This document shows positions 22,818-34,888 of a DNA stretch of 64,000 nucleotides, one piece after another. Below the pieces are notes generated by a model. It was not told the DNA's origin, searched no databases, and saw only the letters and a program-made list of their open reading frames with translations. Positions within the stretch are counted from its first letter, which is position 1. Every line of letters begins with the position of its first letter. A program made the translations under genes and the position numbers. Source of the DNA: Phyllobates terribilis (Eukaryota); NCBI RefSeq assembly GCF_046119375.1, contig NW_027362765.1:101184001-101248000 (forward strand), given 5' to 3'.

Positions 22818-23885
22818 TAACAAGCAGCAAAAATGTATGGAAGATCATTTATGGCATGTAAGTCACCAGGGGCTATAGGCTTGGGTTCATATTGCTGAGG
22901 AGACTACTTGTCTTAATTCATTCTATGTATTTATTGATTTTGAAGCTGCCATCTTGTAGTTGATATAAAATCACCTTCTACATACTTTTCTCAATTCACG
23001 ATGAGATATGAAAGGACTTGAAAATGTGCAAAGTCGTACTGACCCATGAGAATACTAGATCCTTAGATAACGCCAGGCTCCGACACAATAATGGGTCCAA
23101 AAACAACAGGGTTCCTAAAGGTCCATCAGAAGACAGTCCCATTTTCAGGTGATATTTAAGCCAATCACTCTTCACTAAGGTATTCTTCTATAATTGGCCA
23201 ACAAACAATCATTAGTCGAATGAACAATCATTCATCAATGGCCCTACTCGAAGCGCAGACTACATTAGTGAATATTGGATTTTTTTCGGTTGATGATTTA
23301 TCCACTGCTGATTACCGGACAAAAAGAACTCAACAAGCTCAACTGGTGTTCTGAATCATTATGATTGTTCAATGATCCATCAGTCAACACAAACAGTCAT
23401 TCGTTTTACAGAATCAGCTGAGAATCTTCGTTATGGTCGTATCTCATGTGTATGGACTCCCTGCGTGATGCGTAATATTAAGTGACCGGCGACATGATTC
23501 CCAGTCAGTGGTCATTTAACAGACCACTGGCCCACCAGCCAGGCCCATCCGCTTTAGATGTGTACTGAACGATCAGTAATAAATCATTCTCTGCACATAG
23601 GCTGCCTTTGATCTCTGCAGCACAAGGTCTGTTTGCACAGTACAATGTGCTGTCGAGAATGATGATCTTTTGTGCAAACCAAAAGATCATTTCACACGGC
23701 GAAGATAAACAAGCGTTTTGCTCGTTCATTGGGTGATTGGCAACTTGTTTAGACTGCATGATGATCATGAAATGAGCGTTCCTAGGAGTGCTTGCTCACG
23801 ATTGCAGTGTGAATGGACCTTTAGACCTTAGTGATTACAACAAAGATTACAATCTATAAATAGACAAACACATATTGTATATAAT

Positions 23886-24868
23886 TGTAACGTGACACGG
23901 TGCAGTAGCCGTGGGCGAGGTACTCGTCTTTTATGCCCCGGCACGCTACATGAAGATGGGGGTCCTGGCTGGGTGTGTGGGCTTCGTCTTTGGGGCGCTA
24001 CAACTTTGCAGGCCACATAATGCCGGTGACTTAAGCTGGCCAGGACCGAATGTTAAACAGTTCAATGAGGGAGACCACCACTCAAAAATAAACAGTCTTT
24101 ACTAAACAGCAACTTAGTGGTAACTATTTACAATACAATAGCAGTGGGTGCAATACTTCACAAATGTGTCCTTTAACACACAGAACATCTTCACATACAT
24201 TCTTCCAGTCCTTCTCAGTATGACTCGGTTCTGCCTCACTCAGTCCTATATCTTCACCACAGCCCAGCTCAGTACTACAGTTCAGTAAGTAAAAGTCCTA
24301 TTCTCAACCGGCGGTTCCACATCCTCTTCCCTCTTAAGGGAACGAGCTTGCCAATATGGCCAGTACTTAGCTTCTCTGCTTCTAACACACTGGAACTCCC
24401 TCCCGGCTTTCTATCTTCGTCTCACGTTCTCTGTTCAGCCCTGGTCCGTTATAAAATTGGGACCACACTGCTAGGCATCTTGTCCCATGACCCATCTCCG
24501 GTTGATCCCTCTGTTCTTCAGTCACTTCTCTTTCTCTCTACTAAGGATCACGCTATCCACTGCCTTGGTCTCCAACGTCAGGGACACCCACGTCATGTGT
24601 CTCTGGTCACTAGTCAGACTGTAGGTCTGCTTTTACTGCACACTGGGCCCTATCTAAAGTCCTGACAGAAAACTCTCTGTCCCTTCACCTTACCCCCTGC
24701 CACTATGGGTTAGTCCCAAACATTATCTCTGTCTCTTCCTGCTAACTACCTGTTGCTGGGCAGAGCACAACCTTATCACTAACAAGACATGTCACAATAC
24801 AGATTATACACCTTAACAATACTATTTTCTTCAAGGGGAGACGTGGGCAGTATGTCCATCTCCATACA
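23886..24868 (-). mobile_element. Probable solo LTR
   Basis: A TGT...ACA-bounded ~980-bp segment. The - strand has TTTATAA and an AGTAAAG poly(A)-like signal, as in the other LTRs here. No clean TSD found. Confidence 0.45.
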
Positions 24869-25439
24869 TAGGTAGAAAGGGTCAAGAATCATTTCCTTTT
24901 CAAGGTCCAAACAATCCTCATTACACATTGTCAATTACCTTTTTTGTTTGTTTCTTTATTTTCTAATTTTTATCCCCTTTGAATTTAGGGATATGGGGAT
25001 TTAATATGCAGGATGCAGTTAGAAATTATCTGCCGAAAGCCTGAGGCTGCACTACTGACAGCTTCTAATGACAACAGGTCTTGTCCTCTCCAGTCAGGTG
25101 CAGGGATGTCATGAGTAATCTCTACTAACCTTTCTTCCAAAATAAGGGCTAATTCAGACTTCATTTTTTCGTGTACAGGTTCTATCAGCTTTTTTCATGG
25201 ATGGAACCAGTGCCGGACCCAGTTTTTTGTGGGCCCTGAGCGAAAGAGTCTCCGTGGGTCCCATTAACACATACACGATTCCTGATGCACAGATACGGCA
25301 GAGAAATATAGATATAGTACAGTGCCAAAGATTTGACTTACTTCTTACATTACTTGAGTGATATCTATTGTAAATAGCTCAGAAACCGGAGAATCCTCGC
25401 AGCGCACAGTGCAGACCGGACAATATAGTTCGCCATACA

Positions 25440-27260
25440 GTATTATGGGCACCACTTAATCCTCCATACAGAATTATGGGCCCCATGTATTGCTCCATGC
25501 AGAATAATGGACTCCATATAATGCTCCATACAGAATAATGGACCCCATATAATGCTCCATACAGGATACTGGCCCCCATAAAATGCTCCATGCAGAATAC
25601 TGGCCCCCATATAATGCTCCATACAGAATACTGGCCCCCATATAACGCTCCATACAGAATACTGGCCCCCTTGTAATGCTCCATACAGAATACTGGCCCC
25701 CATATAATGCTTCATACAGAATACTGGCCCCCATATAATGCTCCATACAGGATACTGGCCCCCATATAATGCATCATACAGAAAACTGGCCCCCATATAA
25801 TGCTCCATCAGAATACTGGCCCCCATATAATGCTCCATGCAGGCTGTGCCCCCATATAATGCCCCAAGCAGGCTGGGGCCGCATATAATGCCCCATGCTA
25901 GCTGGGCCTCCATATAATGCTGCATGCAGGCTGGGCCCCCATATAATGTCCCATGCAGGCTGTGCCCCCATATAATGCCCAATGCTGGCTGGGCCACCAT
26001 ATAATGCCGCATGGAGGCTGGGCCCCCATATAATGCTCTATGCAGGCTGGGCCCCCATATTATGCCCCACGCCGGCTGGGCACCCATATAATGCCCATGC
26101 TGGCTGGGTCCCCATATAATGCCCCATGCAGGCTGGGCCCCCATATAATGCCCCATGCAGGCTGGGCCCCCATATAATGCGCAATGCTGGCTGGGCCACC
26201 ATATAATGCCGCATGCAGGCTGGGCCCCCATATAATCATCCAAAAAAGAGAGAGAGAGATGTAATAGAAATTATGCTGATGTATAAAAGACATCACTCTC
26301 AATTAAATAATGGCCAAAGATATAGCTATTATTGCAAAATACTGTATCTTTATTATTCAAAGTACAACATGTGATATATAACAGTAAAAAACATACAGGA
26401 GTGACTGGGATGAGAGACCGGATAGGGGGTACGTTCGAAAATACCCCAAAGAGGGAGAAGAAAACCTTAACCCAACTGCAGATATATCCCCATATTATGT
26501 ACCCAGATGTTGACGAAGCCACTCTGGTGAAACGCGCGTCGAGGCGCGCTATTCATTCCCCTCTGCAGACTCTCCATACCTGGTCATCACTATGTCACAA
26601 GGTAATGTGTGGCTATTTTGATTACTATAAGCAGACCACTAAAGTTACGTTGATCTGCTTGCTGAGCTGCATGTCTAACTTTAGATCCACAGCCTGGGTG
26701 TCCTCCTAACAAGTCGGACACAGACCACATTGCCTGACTATACACAACATCTGGGTACATAATATGGGGATATATCTGCAGTTGGGTTAAGGTTTTCTTC
26801 TCCCTCTTTGGGGTATTTTCGAACGTACCCCCTGTCCGGTCTCTCATCCCAGTCACTCCTGTATGTTTTTTACTGTTATATATCACATGTTGTACTTTGT
26901 ATAATAAAGATACAGTATTTTGCAATAATAGCTATATCTTTGGCCATTATTTAATTGAGAGTGATGTCTTTTATACATCAGCATAATTTCTATTACATCT
27001 CTCTCTCTCTTTTTTGGATGTTTAGACTTTGATTGCGAGCTCTTTTTATAGGTTTATATGGGCCCCCATATAATGCCGCATGCAGGCTGGGCCCCCATAT
27101 AATGCCCCATGCTTCCTGGGCCCCCATATAATGCCGCATGCAGGCTGGGCCCCCATATAATGCCCCATGCAGGCTGGGCCCCCATATAATGCCCATGCTG
27201 GCTGGGCCCCCATGTAATGCCGCATGCAGGCTGGGTCCCCATATAATACCCCATGCCTTC
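25440..27260. repeat. 31-bp/29-bp minisatellite (GGCCCCCATATAATGC core), interrupted at 26237-27058
   Basis: 31-bp units (..TCCATACAGAATACT) switch to 29-bp units (..CCCATGCAGGCT) near 25830. The array resumes after 27058. Confidence 0.92.
26237..27058 (+). mobile_element. Penelope-like element end: pseudo-LTR with hammerhead-like motif plus inverted copy of its 3' part
   Basis: Two 276-bp inverted arms (26237-26512, 26745-27020) with 2 mismatches seen. The spacer begins with TGACGA AGCC ACTCT GGT GAAAC GCGC GTC GAGG. AATAAAG lies in the arm. Confidence 0.65.
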
Positions 27261-28513
27261 ATACATAAAAAAAAATTAAAAAAATCAAATACTCACCTCA
27301 CCTGCTGCTTCTGCTCTCATCGCTGCCGCTGGTCCGGACTCCTCAGCCGCGTCACCATCTTCCCGCTCTGGGCTGTGACGTCTCAGAAGAGAGCGCGGTG
27401 GAAAGACGTGATTGCGCCCTCTGATCTGAGACGTCACAGTGCAGCAACCATGAAAGATACAGGACCTGCTGCGGAGGCACGGGGAGAGGTAAGCATTGTG
27501 CCGGGGCCCTGAGCAAGCGGGGGGGGCGGGCGCTGGCACCGCTCTCCTCCGCTCACAGGTCCCATAGTGCGCCATGGTGCCCGATGGCGACTGGATCCCC
27601 CCCACCTGTTCAGGGCCACAGCACTTGCCCGGGTGCTGACGCCGGGCCTGGATGGAACCATACCTATTACAATCTATGGGGCTTTTTCACGTATCCACTT
27701 TTGCGAACTGAGCAGTCAGCACAAAATCACGGCTCAATCTCACCTCGGATCAGTTCCGCAAATGCAAGTCTTTGGGTCTGTGAAAAACTCAGACAGCATT
27801 CGGATGCTGTTGTGTGCTGTCCATTTTTCATGGACTGTTTGATAGGAGAAGCTTGAGAAACCTCCATCACATTTTTTTGTTTTTCATACAAAAAAAATGA
27901 TGAAAATCTGATGGTAAAATCTGACATATTGACCAAACTGATAAAAATTAGATTCAAAACACTAATGAAAATCGGACCATTTTTTGAGATGAGAAAAATT
28001 ACTGTATAACTGAGCCCTAAGGCCACATTCTCATGTTGAGTATTTGGTGGGTTTTTTACCTCAGTATTCGTAAGCCAAAACCAGGAGTGGGTAAAAAATA
28101 CAGAAGTGGTGACATGTTTCTATTATACTTTTCCTCTGATTGTTCCTCACCTGGTTTTGGCTTACACATACTGAGGTAAAATACTCACCAAATGCTCAAC
28201 GTGTGCACGTGGCTAAGAAGAGTCGCTGAGGAAGTAATGCTTGACCCAACGTAGACCTGAGGTCATGTTAGGACACGACTATGACAGGTGTGATGTAGGT
28301 AGCTCATGTTATATAGCTGTGAGCAGTGGGCAGCACCGAGACAGCCAGAGAGAGTCACTGTGTTTAGTGGAGGGAGGGGCAGTTCTCTGCTGTGAGATGT
28401 CAGATCGCTGCACTCCAGCAGAAGCACTGTGCTCTTCATGCATGCTGACAGCTGAAGGTCTCCATCTGCAGGCCCATGCCTGCTTCATCTAGAGCTCCCC
28501 TCCACACTCCATC

Positions 28514-29566
28514 ATGGAAGAGGATTTCTTTGAGTCGCCCATAACAGCCGGAATCCTTAATGTCAGCTCAGAATGCAACGTCAACAAGACTTTCACCTTT
28601 CGCTACTTATCTTCCGTTTACCTTATCGTCTTCATTGTAGGATCATTAGGCAATGGTTTGGGATTGTGGAATCTGTGCATGAACTGGAAGAAATGGACGT
28701 CACTGAACGTATTTGTGTTGAACCTTGGCATTGCTGACCTTCTCTATGTTGGAACGTTGCCATTTTTTGTGTCCTATTACCTTAGCGAAGGTGTTTGGAT
28801 GTTTGGTTATGGATTCTGCCGCCTCGCACGCATCATTTTCCATATGAACATGTATGCAAGTATCACCTTCCTCACCTGCATCAGCGTCCAACGCTACCTG
28901 GGAATAGTACATCCAATGAAAATGATGGGTCGTTTCCAGAACTTACGTCCTTCATTGTGCATCAGCATTATCATGTGGATATTGGTCGTTCTTCAGATCT
29001 TGCCAAACCTCCACTATACCAATGCCATAAAAAACGACACATACTGCCACGACTCGACAATCAATGAGCACCTGGAATCCTATGCGCCCTACACGCTGAG
29101 CATCACAATCACAGGTTTCTTAATTCCATTTATCATAATTTTAACTTGTTACACCCGGATCCTCACAGTTCTTACAAAAAACAAAAATGTGGACCCAGAC
29201 CTGAAGAGCAGAAGCATCAAACAAGTTTTTATCATCCTGACCCTGTTTGCTATCTGCTTCTTTCCATACTATACATTTCGAAACCTCAATTTGATTTCCA
29301 GAGTTTGGCAGCTCCAGGGAACCTGCACCGAAAGTCTAAAGAACGTTTATATATCCTATCAGGTGACCAGAGGACTGGCAGCCATGAACAGCGCCATTAA
29401 CCCTTTACTTTATTTAGTGACCAATGAAAACTTTGTTTCAAAATTTAGAAAGATCCAGAGGAGAGCCTGGTATGCCCTTGTCTATGTGGCCAGAAACCAT
29501 TCTCTCCCAGATATCCAGGCTATGTCTGTGAGTGGAAAGGAAGAAGAGATGTCTGAAGTAATGTGA
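28514..29566 (+). CDS. P2Y1-like purinergic-type GPCR (350 aa, single coding exon)
   Basis: Seven hydrophobic helices with motifs GN (TM1), LGIADLLY, CRLARIIFHMNMYASITFLTCISVQRYLGIVHP, CHDST (ECL2), FFPYYTFRN and YQVTRGLAAMNSAINPLLY. N-terminal and ECL3 cysteines could form the P2Y-type second disulfide. N-glycosylation sites NVS, NKT, NDT. A candidate AATAAA is at 30044. Confidence 0.93.
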   Translation: MEEDFFESPITAGILNVSSECNVNKTFTFRYLSSVYLIVFIVGSLGNGLGLWNLCMNWKKWTSLNVFVLNLGIADLLYVGTLPFFVSYYLSEGVWMFGYGFCRLARIIFHMNMYASITFLTCISVQRYLGIVHPMKMMGRFQNLRPSLCISIIMWILVVLQILPNLHYTNAIKNDTYCHDSTINEHLESYAPYTLSITITGFLIPFIIILTCYTRILTVLTKNKNVDPDLKSRSIKQVFIILTLFAICFFPYYTFRNLNLISRVWQLQGTCTESLKNVYISYQVTRGLAAMNSAINPLLYLVTNENFVSKFRKIQRRAWYALVYVARNHSLPDIQAMSVSGKEEEMSEVM

Positions 29567-30384
29567 TGGACAAGTGTCAGTACCAAGCTTGACTTGGGTC
29601 TCATTAGGCATTCATAATGCTGCAGAATTTCAGCATAAAGCTGACCTAAGGGCTATCTATATAGTCATTAACACCCAAAGACTCAGGATTCTGCCCCTTT
29701 TCCTTTGCTTCCTATTGTCATTGAACATCAAACCTACCCTATGAACACAATGGAGAAGATCATGGTTTTGGGTCATGATCCCATAGGAGATAATGTCAAT
29801 ACAGAAATACAACCTCCAAGAAATCGGGGTCAAGGTTGTTAAAACTTTATGGTCAGTGAACTCTAAACCATGGGATATTCAGAAATGTCATTATGTGAAT
29901 ACTAGGATTGTGTACATAGTATAGGTTGGCAGTAGGTTTGTTAATATTATAGTTCGTCCTGGTGTCAATGGATTTTTTCTCCTTACATCATCATGGGTCC
30001 TGCTTAGTAGAAATTAATTTCTTTTGTATTCCTGACACCATAGAATAAAGGCCATTTTTGTAATTATTTATTAGCGTAAAATACAGGACCATGAGGCTAA
30101 AGCTTCGTACTGCCACAAATATATCAAAGCTAAGATAGATATTTCATCACATTTAATATCGTCTATGGATTATTGTAGAACGTCAGGCCACAAAAAAAGC
30201 TATATACCTCTAAAACTTGGGGTTATCTTCAAGCACACTTTTTTCCATTGATTTTTTATGCTTACATCCATTTTTATAGAATTTTTTGCTGTGTTTCTGA
30301 AGATAACATGGTTTTAGTATCTGTATTTTAGTTGTATTTTTTATATCATTGTGTTTCTAACATTACAAATCATGTCATTCATAT

Positions 30385-30765
30385 TAGGGCTTGTGCAGAT
30401 GACCGTATAAATCGGACGAGTGCACTCGTCCCCATGTTATTATATGAGGCTGTGCACATGTCCGATTTTTTCCTCGAACCAAGTGGTCCAAGTAAAAAAT
30501 ATAACAGCAGGTATGATTTGCCTCAGAGAATCAGATGCCACTCTACCATTCAGGTCTACGTGTCCATGAAAAAAATTGGACCGCACTCAGATGATATCCA
30601 TTCTTACGGAGTGACAATGGAGAAGGTGGAGAAGCTTTTTTTCCCCTCTCCTCCGAGAAAATGGCATCCTACTCTGATTGAACTCTGATGAGTCTGGATA
30701 GCATAATCGGACCAATTTTCTCAGATGGAAAGAAAATGAGAAAATGGTAGTGTGACCCTACCCTT
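30385..30765. mobile_element. Harbinger-type MITE (degenerate)
   Basis: Termini GGGCTTGTGCAGAT / GTGTGACCCTACCC with TTA-like flanks and internal inverted segments. Confidence 0.5.
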
Positions 30766-32308
30766 AGAATCACAATGTTTAATATCAAAAATGCCCAAAA
30801 AACTCAAAAAATATGAACACATCCATTTTTAACAGAGCAGCAAAAAACATTGGAGGTCAGTTGGCCAAATTGTCGGAAAAAGATGCCACACCTATAGCTA
30901 GCTGTGATTTTGAGAAAAATCTACACTCTATTAATTCTTTTTTACTGACTCCTAGCAAAAAAAAAACACTAAAATGCTGCATTTTTACTAAAACATTGCT
31001 GTTACCCGCCAGAAGCATCCCCCCTCTCTATCTGTGGTCATATCTGCTATTGTAGTTTAGGTAAATCCAAGATATAGGAAAGACAACAGTCACAAAATTA
31101 TTGTAGCCCCCTCAATGAGAATTGGAAACTGGTGTCCTCAGGGGTACGGAAGCCAAATGCACCCCTGAAGACACCAATGTTTCGCTTGGGGAAGCTGGTA
31201 TTTTCTGCTGAGTTTAGCAGTCTCATAGTCATTATATGTATTCTGATAGACTGCCACTGCCAGAGAAGGTGTTTGACATGCCATTTGATGTACAAAGAAT
31301 GCCCTAGGTAGGGAGAACACAGGTTGCCCGGCCAAAGATCCCTATATGCCCCTGCACCATCGCATTATATTGCAGGTGGATGGTGTCATATTGCAACCTG
31401 CAAGGTTCTGTAGCAAGAAAGTCATGAAAAGATGGAACCATTTGGATTTTTAGCAACTTGCTTGTTGCAGTTCTTAGAAACTCACAGGTCATAAGTTGAC
31501 CACTTTCACCTGTATCACGCTGCGATGAAGCAGCAGCATAGAGCTTTGGCCACATGGCTTGTGTAGACACAGCCTTTATTAAATAGTAGACTCATATTTA
31601 GTTCCATTTACTGTATATATTGTACATTTTATACAAAGACACATTGTTATTAAAGTGAAGTGAATCAGTGACTACAAAGACTTTAACTTTCTCTGTATTA
31701 TTCCACTGCACAGATTTTGCTTTAATTAATAAAGATTATATTTATATATGAAATATGTTGCTTATTTCAAAGTAGGAATGTATTAGCAATAAGTAAGCTG
31801 TGAATATATTGACTTGTACTAATGTGTACCTGATTTACATTAATCTTGTCCTATAAAATATTCAAGTCATATATAATCTCCATGTTTTACGTAATTGTCA
31901 TGTCCTATATAATCCAGTCTAACACCTACCTCATCCTTATGACATTATGTCCACACCAATACCAGATCCACAAAAATATCACACTGTTACCAATGCCACT
32001 TATTCACACTACAGATTCTCCTACAGTTTTCCCCCATCCCGGGAGTGACATGAGAATAATGAGACTTATCCTAGAGAAGCATTGGGAAGTCTACATTCCA
32101 ACACTCTCGCTGCATTTAGAAGGAAATCCAGTCCTTACAGGATATTAACAAAGATTAGAAATGTTTCTTCTCAGTAATTGTTTCCTGGAGTAAAAGCAAA
32201 AACGCTTATATTCAACAAAGATGTTCATCCGATGCTCAGCACTGGGAAGTATACACCTCTGCGCTAGGGCTCGGAGCAGGAATGTCACTATAGTGGGTGC
32301 AGGGGTTA

Positions 32309-33300
32309 GGTTAAGTGCCCACGTAGCGTTTTTGTAGCGTTTTTACGGCCGCGAAAACGCTTGTAAAACAGTCTGCCATGCAAAGCAATGTGAATTCGGA
32401 TGTGCTGTGCACATGATGCGCTAATTAGCGCGCCAAATTCGCATTGTGTTGCAAAACGCAGCATGACCATTTCTACCGCGATTACGCTGCAAATTCTCGG
32501 CCATTGAGGAACATTGAAACGCAGCAAACCCGCAGGTATATGTGGATTTGCTGCGTTTCAATTAAATTCAATGGCCGCGAATTTGCAGCGCAATCGCGGT
32601 GCGTGTGGTACCTAGGATGAAGAGGAGACTACAACTCCTCTTCATCCCGGCTACAACACAGTGAAAAAAATAAATAAAAAAGTTAAAAATAAACAAAACC
32701 TGTATATTCACCTCTCCGGCGGCTCCCGGTCTGCTCTCCGGTCTCCTCCAGTCTGCTCCCGGCGGCGTCCTCTCTCTTCGTCGTCCCACAGTGTACTGTC
32801 AGGACCTGCGGTGATGTCATTTAGTCACCTGATGGTCACGCGACCGCTGACGTCGGCGGTCAGGTGATGGTCACGTGACCATCAGGTGACTAAATGATGT
32901 CACCGCAGGTCCTGACAGTACACTGTGGGACGACGAAGAGAGAGGACGCCGCCGGGAGCAGACTGGGGGCCGCCGGAGAGGTGAGTATACAGTTTTTTTT
33001 TTTATTTTTAACGTTTTAATTCTCTTTTCTTTTTACTATAGATGCTGCATTTAAAGCATCAGTTGTTCACACTATATAAATTCATGCCGGTTGCATGGAT
33101 TTATATTGTGTGACCAATTTGTCAAGCACTTTCCAAGTGATGCTCAAAATCGCTTGGAAAACTGCTTGAAAAAACGCATGTAAAAACGCTGAAAAAACGC
33201 TTCTCTCTGGCAGAAAAACGCATGTAAATCTGCATGCGTTTTTTCTGCCAGAGAGAGGCAAAAACGCTCTGCATCAAATCTGCTACGTGGGCACATAGCC
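32309..33300. mobile_element. Harbinger-type MITE (~1 kb) with a long GC-rich central palindrome; relative in opposite orientation at 52659-53560
   Basis: TIR GG.TA.GTGCCCACGTAGC / GCTACGTGGGCACATAGCC with TTA/TTA TSD. A near-perfect ~290-bp hairpin spans 32705-32990. Confidence 0.8.
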
Positions 33301-33656
33301 TTAGACACTGGGGCCAACGAGCTTCAAGTTACACCACCAGCTCGGAGAGTTGCAATAGAAATTTATTTAGCCATCATTACATATGCATCTACCTGAGCCT
33401 GGATGTAATTATTTCTTGTGGTTGTTGTAGCGGTTTGCTACAACAACAATAACCAGCCATACTGGTCTTCAGTCATTTCCATGGGAAGCCCGGAGAAGAC
33501 TCAGACAATAGCAAAATGTAAAAGAATGTGCAAATTTGTGGTTGTCACCGAGCATATTGTTGCACCAAACCAGTCACATTCTAGTGGGTCACATGTGACC
33601 CAGGAATCGGCTAGCCTACTTTCCAACAATGAGAACGCTAAATTTGGAACACTTAA

Positions 33657-34103
33657 AGGGGTTGTCCACTATTAGGACAACCCCTTCTCATCTCCCATGT
33701 TTGGCCCTGATAAAAGAAAAACACCTATACTCACCTCGCATGCCATTCCAGTGGTGTTGGCACTCGCTTTCCTGAGGCTCCCTTGCGGTAGTTGTGACAA
33801 GTGAGCCTGGTGCCCAATCAGCGCTGGCGTCATTGGGCCCTCCTTTGTACATATAAGTAATCAAGAGGAAGTCCGGGCTGCGCCTGGCTGCTCACTTCTT
33901 ATACTTCTTAAGATGGGGACAGTGATGCCAACGCTGATTGGGCGCCGAGCTCACGTCACAAAAGCTGCACGTGAGCCCCAGGAAAGCGAGTGCCGACACA
34001 ACTGGAATGGCATCGGCATGGGGGGGTTAGTATAAGCGATTTTATTTTATCGGAGCCAAACATGCGGAATAAGTAGGAGTTGTCCTAGTAGTGGACAACT
34101 CCT
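33657..34103. mobile_element. T2/Kolobok-type MITE
   Basis: TTAA TSD and TIR AGGGGTTGTCCACTA.TAGGACAAC / GTTGTCCTAGTAGTGGACAACTCCT. Confidence 0.9.
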
Positions 34104-34382
34104 TTAAGTCCCACAAAGGAATGTCTCCAAAGTGACACTTTTTGGTGTGGTTATGCTAAAGGACACACCTTTGTGGTCTGGTTCACAGGATTGTGCCATC
34201 AGAATCAGGACTATTGACAATTATGCCTAAAAGAAATTGCATCAAACAGTAAGAGGGGGTGATCTGAGCAGACTACAGCCACACAACCCCTTGAAGAAGA
34301 TGTATCCTTAAACTCTTCAAAGCTCGTAAAGTAAATGGCAATGAGAGTTACAATATCATGTTATGTTTTCCCACAAAATTAC

Positions 34383-34888
34383 ACCAAATTACACTTTGCA
34401 CTGATGAGGGGCCGTGCCCCAAAACACAGTGTCTGAAAATTGAGATTCTAGTTTTTATCCTAAGTCATGTGACAAGGCTTGTTAGAGAGTCGATATTGAC
34501 TTTTAGGATTGCTACTTCCTATAGAGTTATAATCCTCTTCCTCTCTGATGAGACAATTTGCATATTTCCCAGTGGAGCATTGTGGCTTAAAAGTCTCCTC
34601 ACCTTGGCATGCTTGATATGTCACTCTCCGCAAGGAGGAACGTTACCCCTTGGATCCCGGTCAGACGCCTCTCACCCAGCCAAACCAGATCTCACACTTT
34701 GCACTGATGAGGGGCAGTACCCTGAAACGCAGTGTCTGTAAATTGAGATTCTGGTTCTGGCTTTTTATCCTAAGTCATGTGTCAAGGCTCATTAGAGAGC
34801 CGATATTGACTTTTAGGATTGCTACTTCCTATAGGTGGCACTAGAGTTCTAGTCCTCTTCCTCTCTGAAGAGACAATTTGCATATTTA
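34383..34888 (+). mobile_element. Hammerhead-containing retrozyme / satellite-2-like repeat, 1.6 units of ~303 bp
   Basis: A ~190-bp direct repeat (34383-34568, 34684-34888). Each copy starts with a hammerhead motif, with CTGATGA at 34401 and 34704. Confidence 0.75.
34699..34741 (+). ncRNA. Type I hammerhead ribozyme (predicted cleavage after GUC at 34736)
   Basis: TTGCA-CTGATGA-GGGG(CAGTA)CCCT-GAAAC(GCAGT)GTC-TGTAA: intact core, 4-bp stem II, minimal stem III, and stem I TTGCA/TGTAA with one G-U pair. Confidence 0.8.

Larger units (their letters stand above)
25208..27650. mobile_element. Non-autonomous hAT element expanded by a minisatellite and a nested insertion
   Basis: Termini CAGTGCCGG / CCGGGCCTG and a perfect 8-bp TSD GATGGAAC (25200-07, 27651-58). 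Confidence 0.85.

Noticed and set aside
25379-27266. Many ORFs with MEHYMGA / WGIIWGP repeats
   Set aside because: These are translations of the 29/31-bp minisatellite.
31125-31185. Hairpin containing CTGAAGA
   Set aside because: No GAAA core in the correct order on either strand, so it is not a hammerhead.
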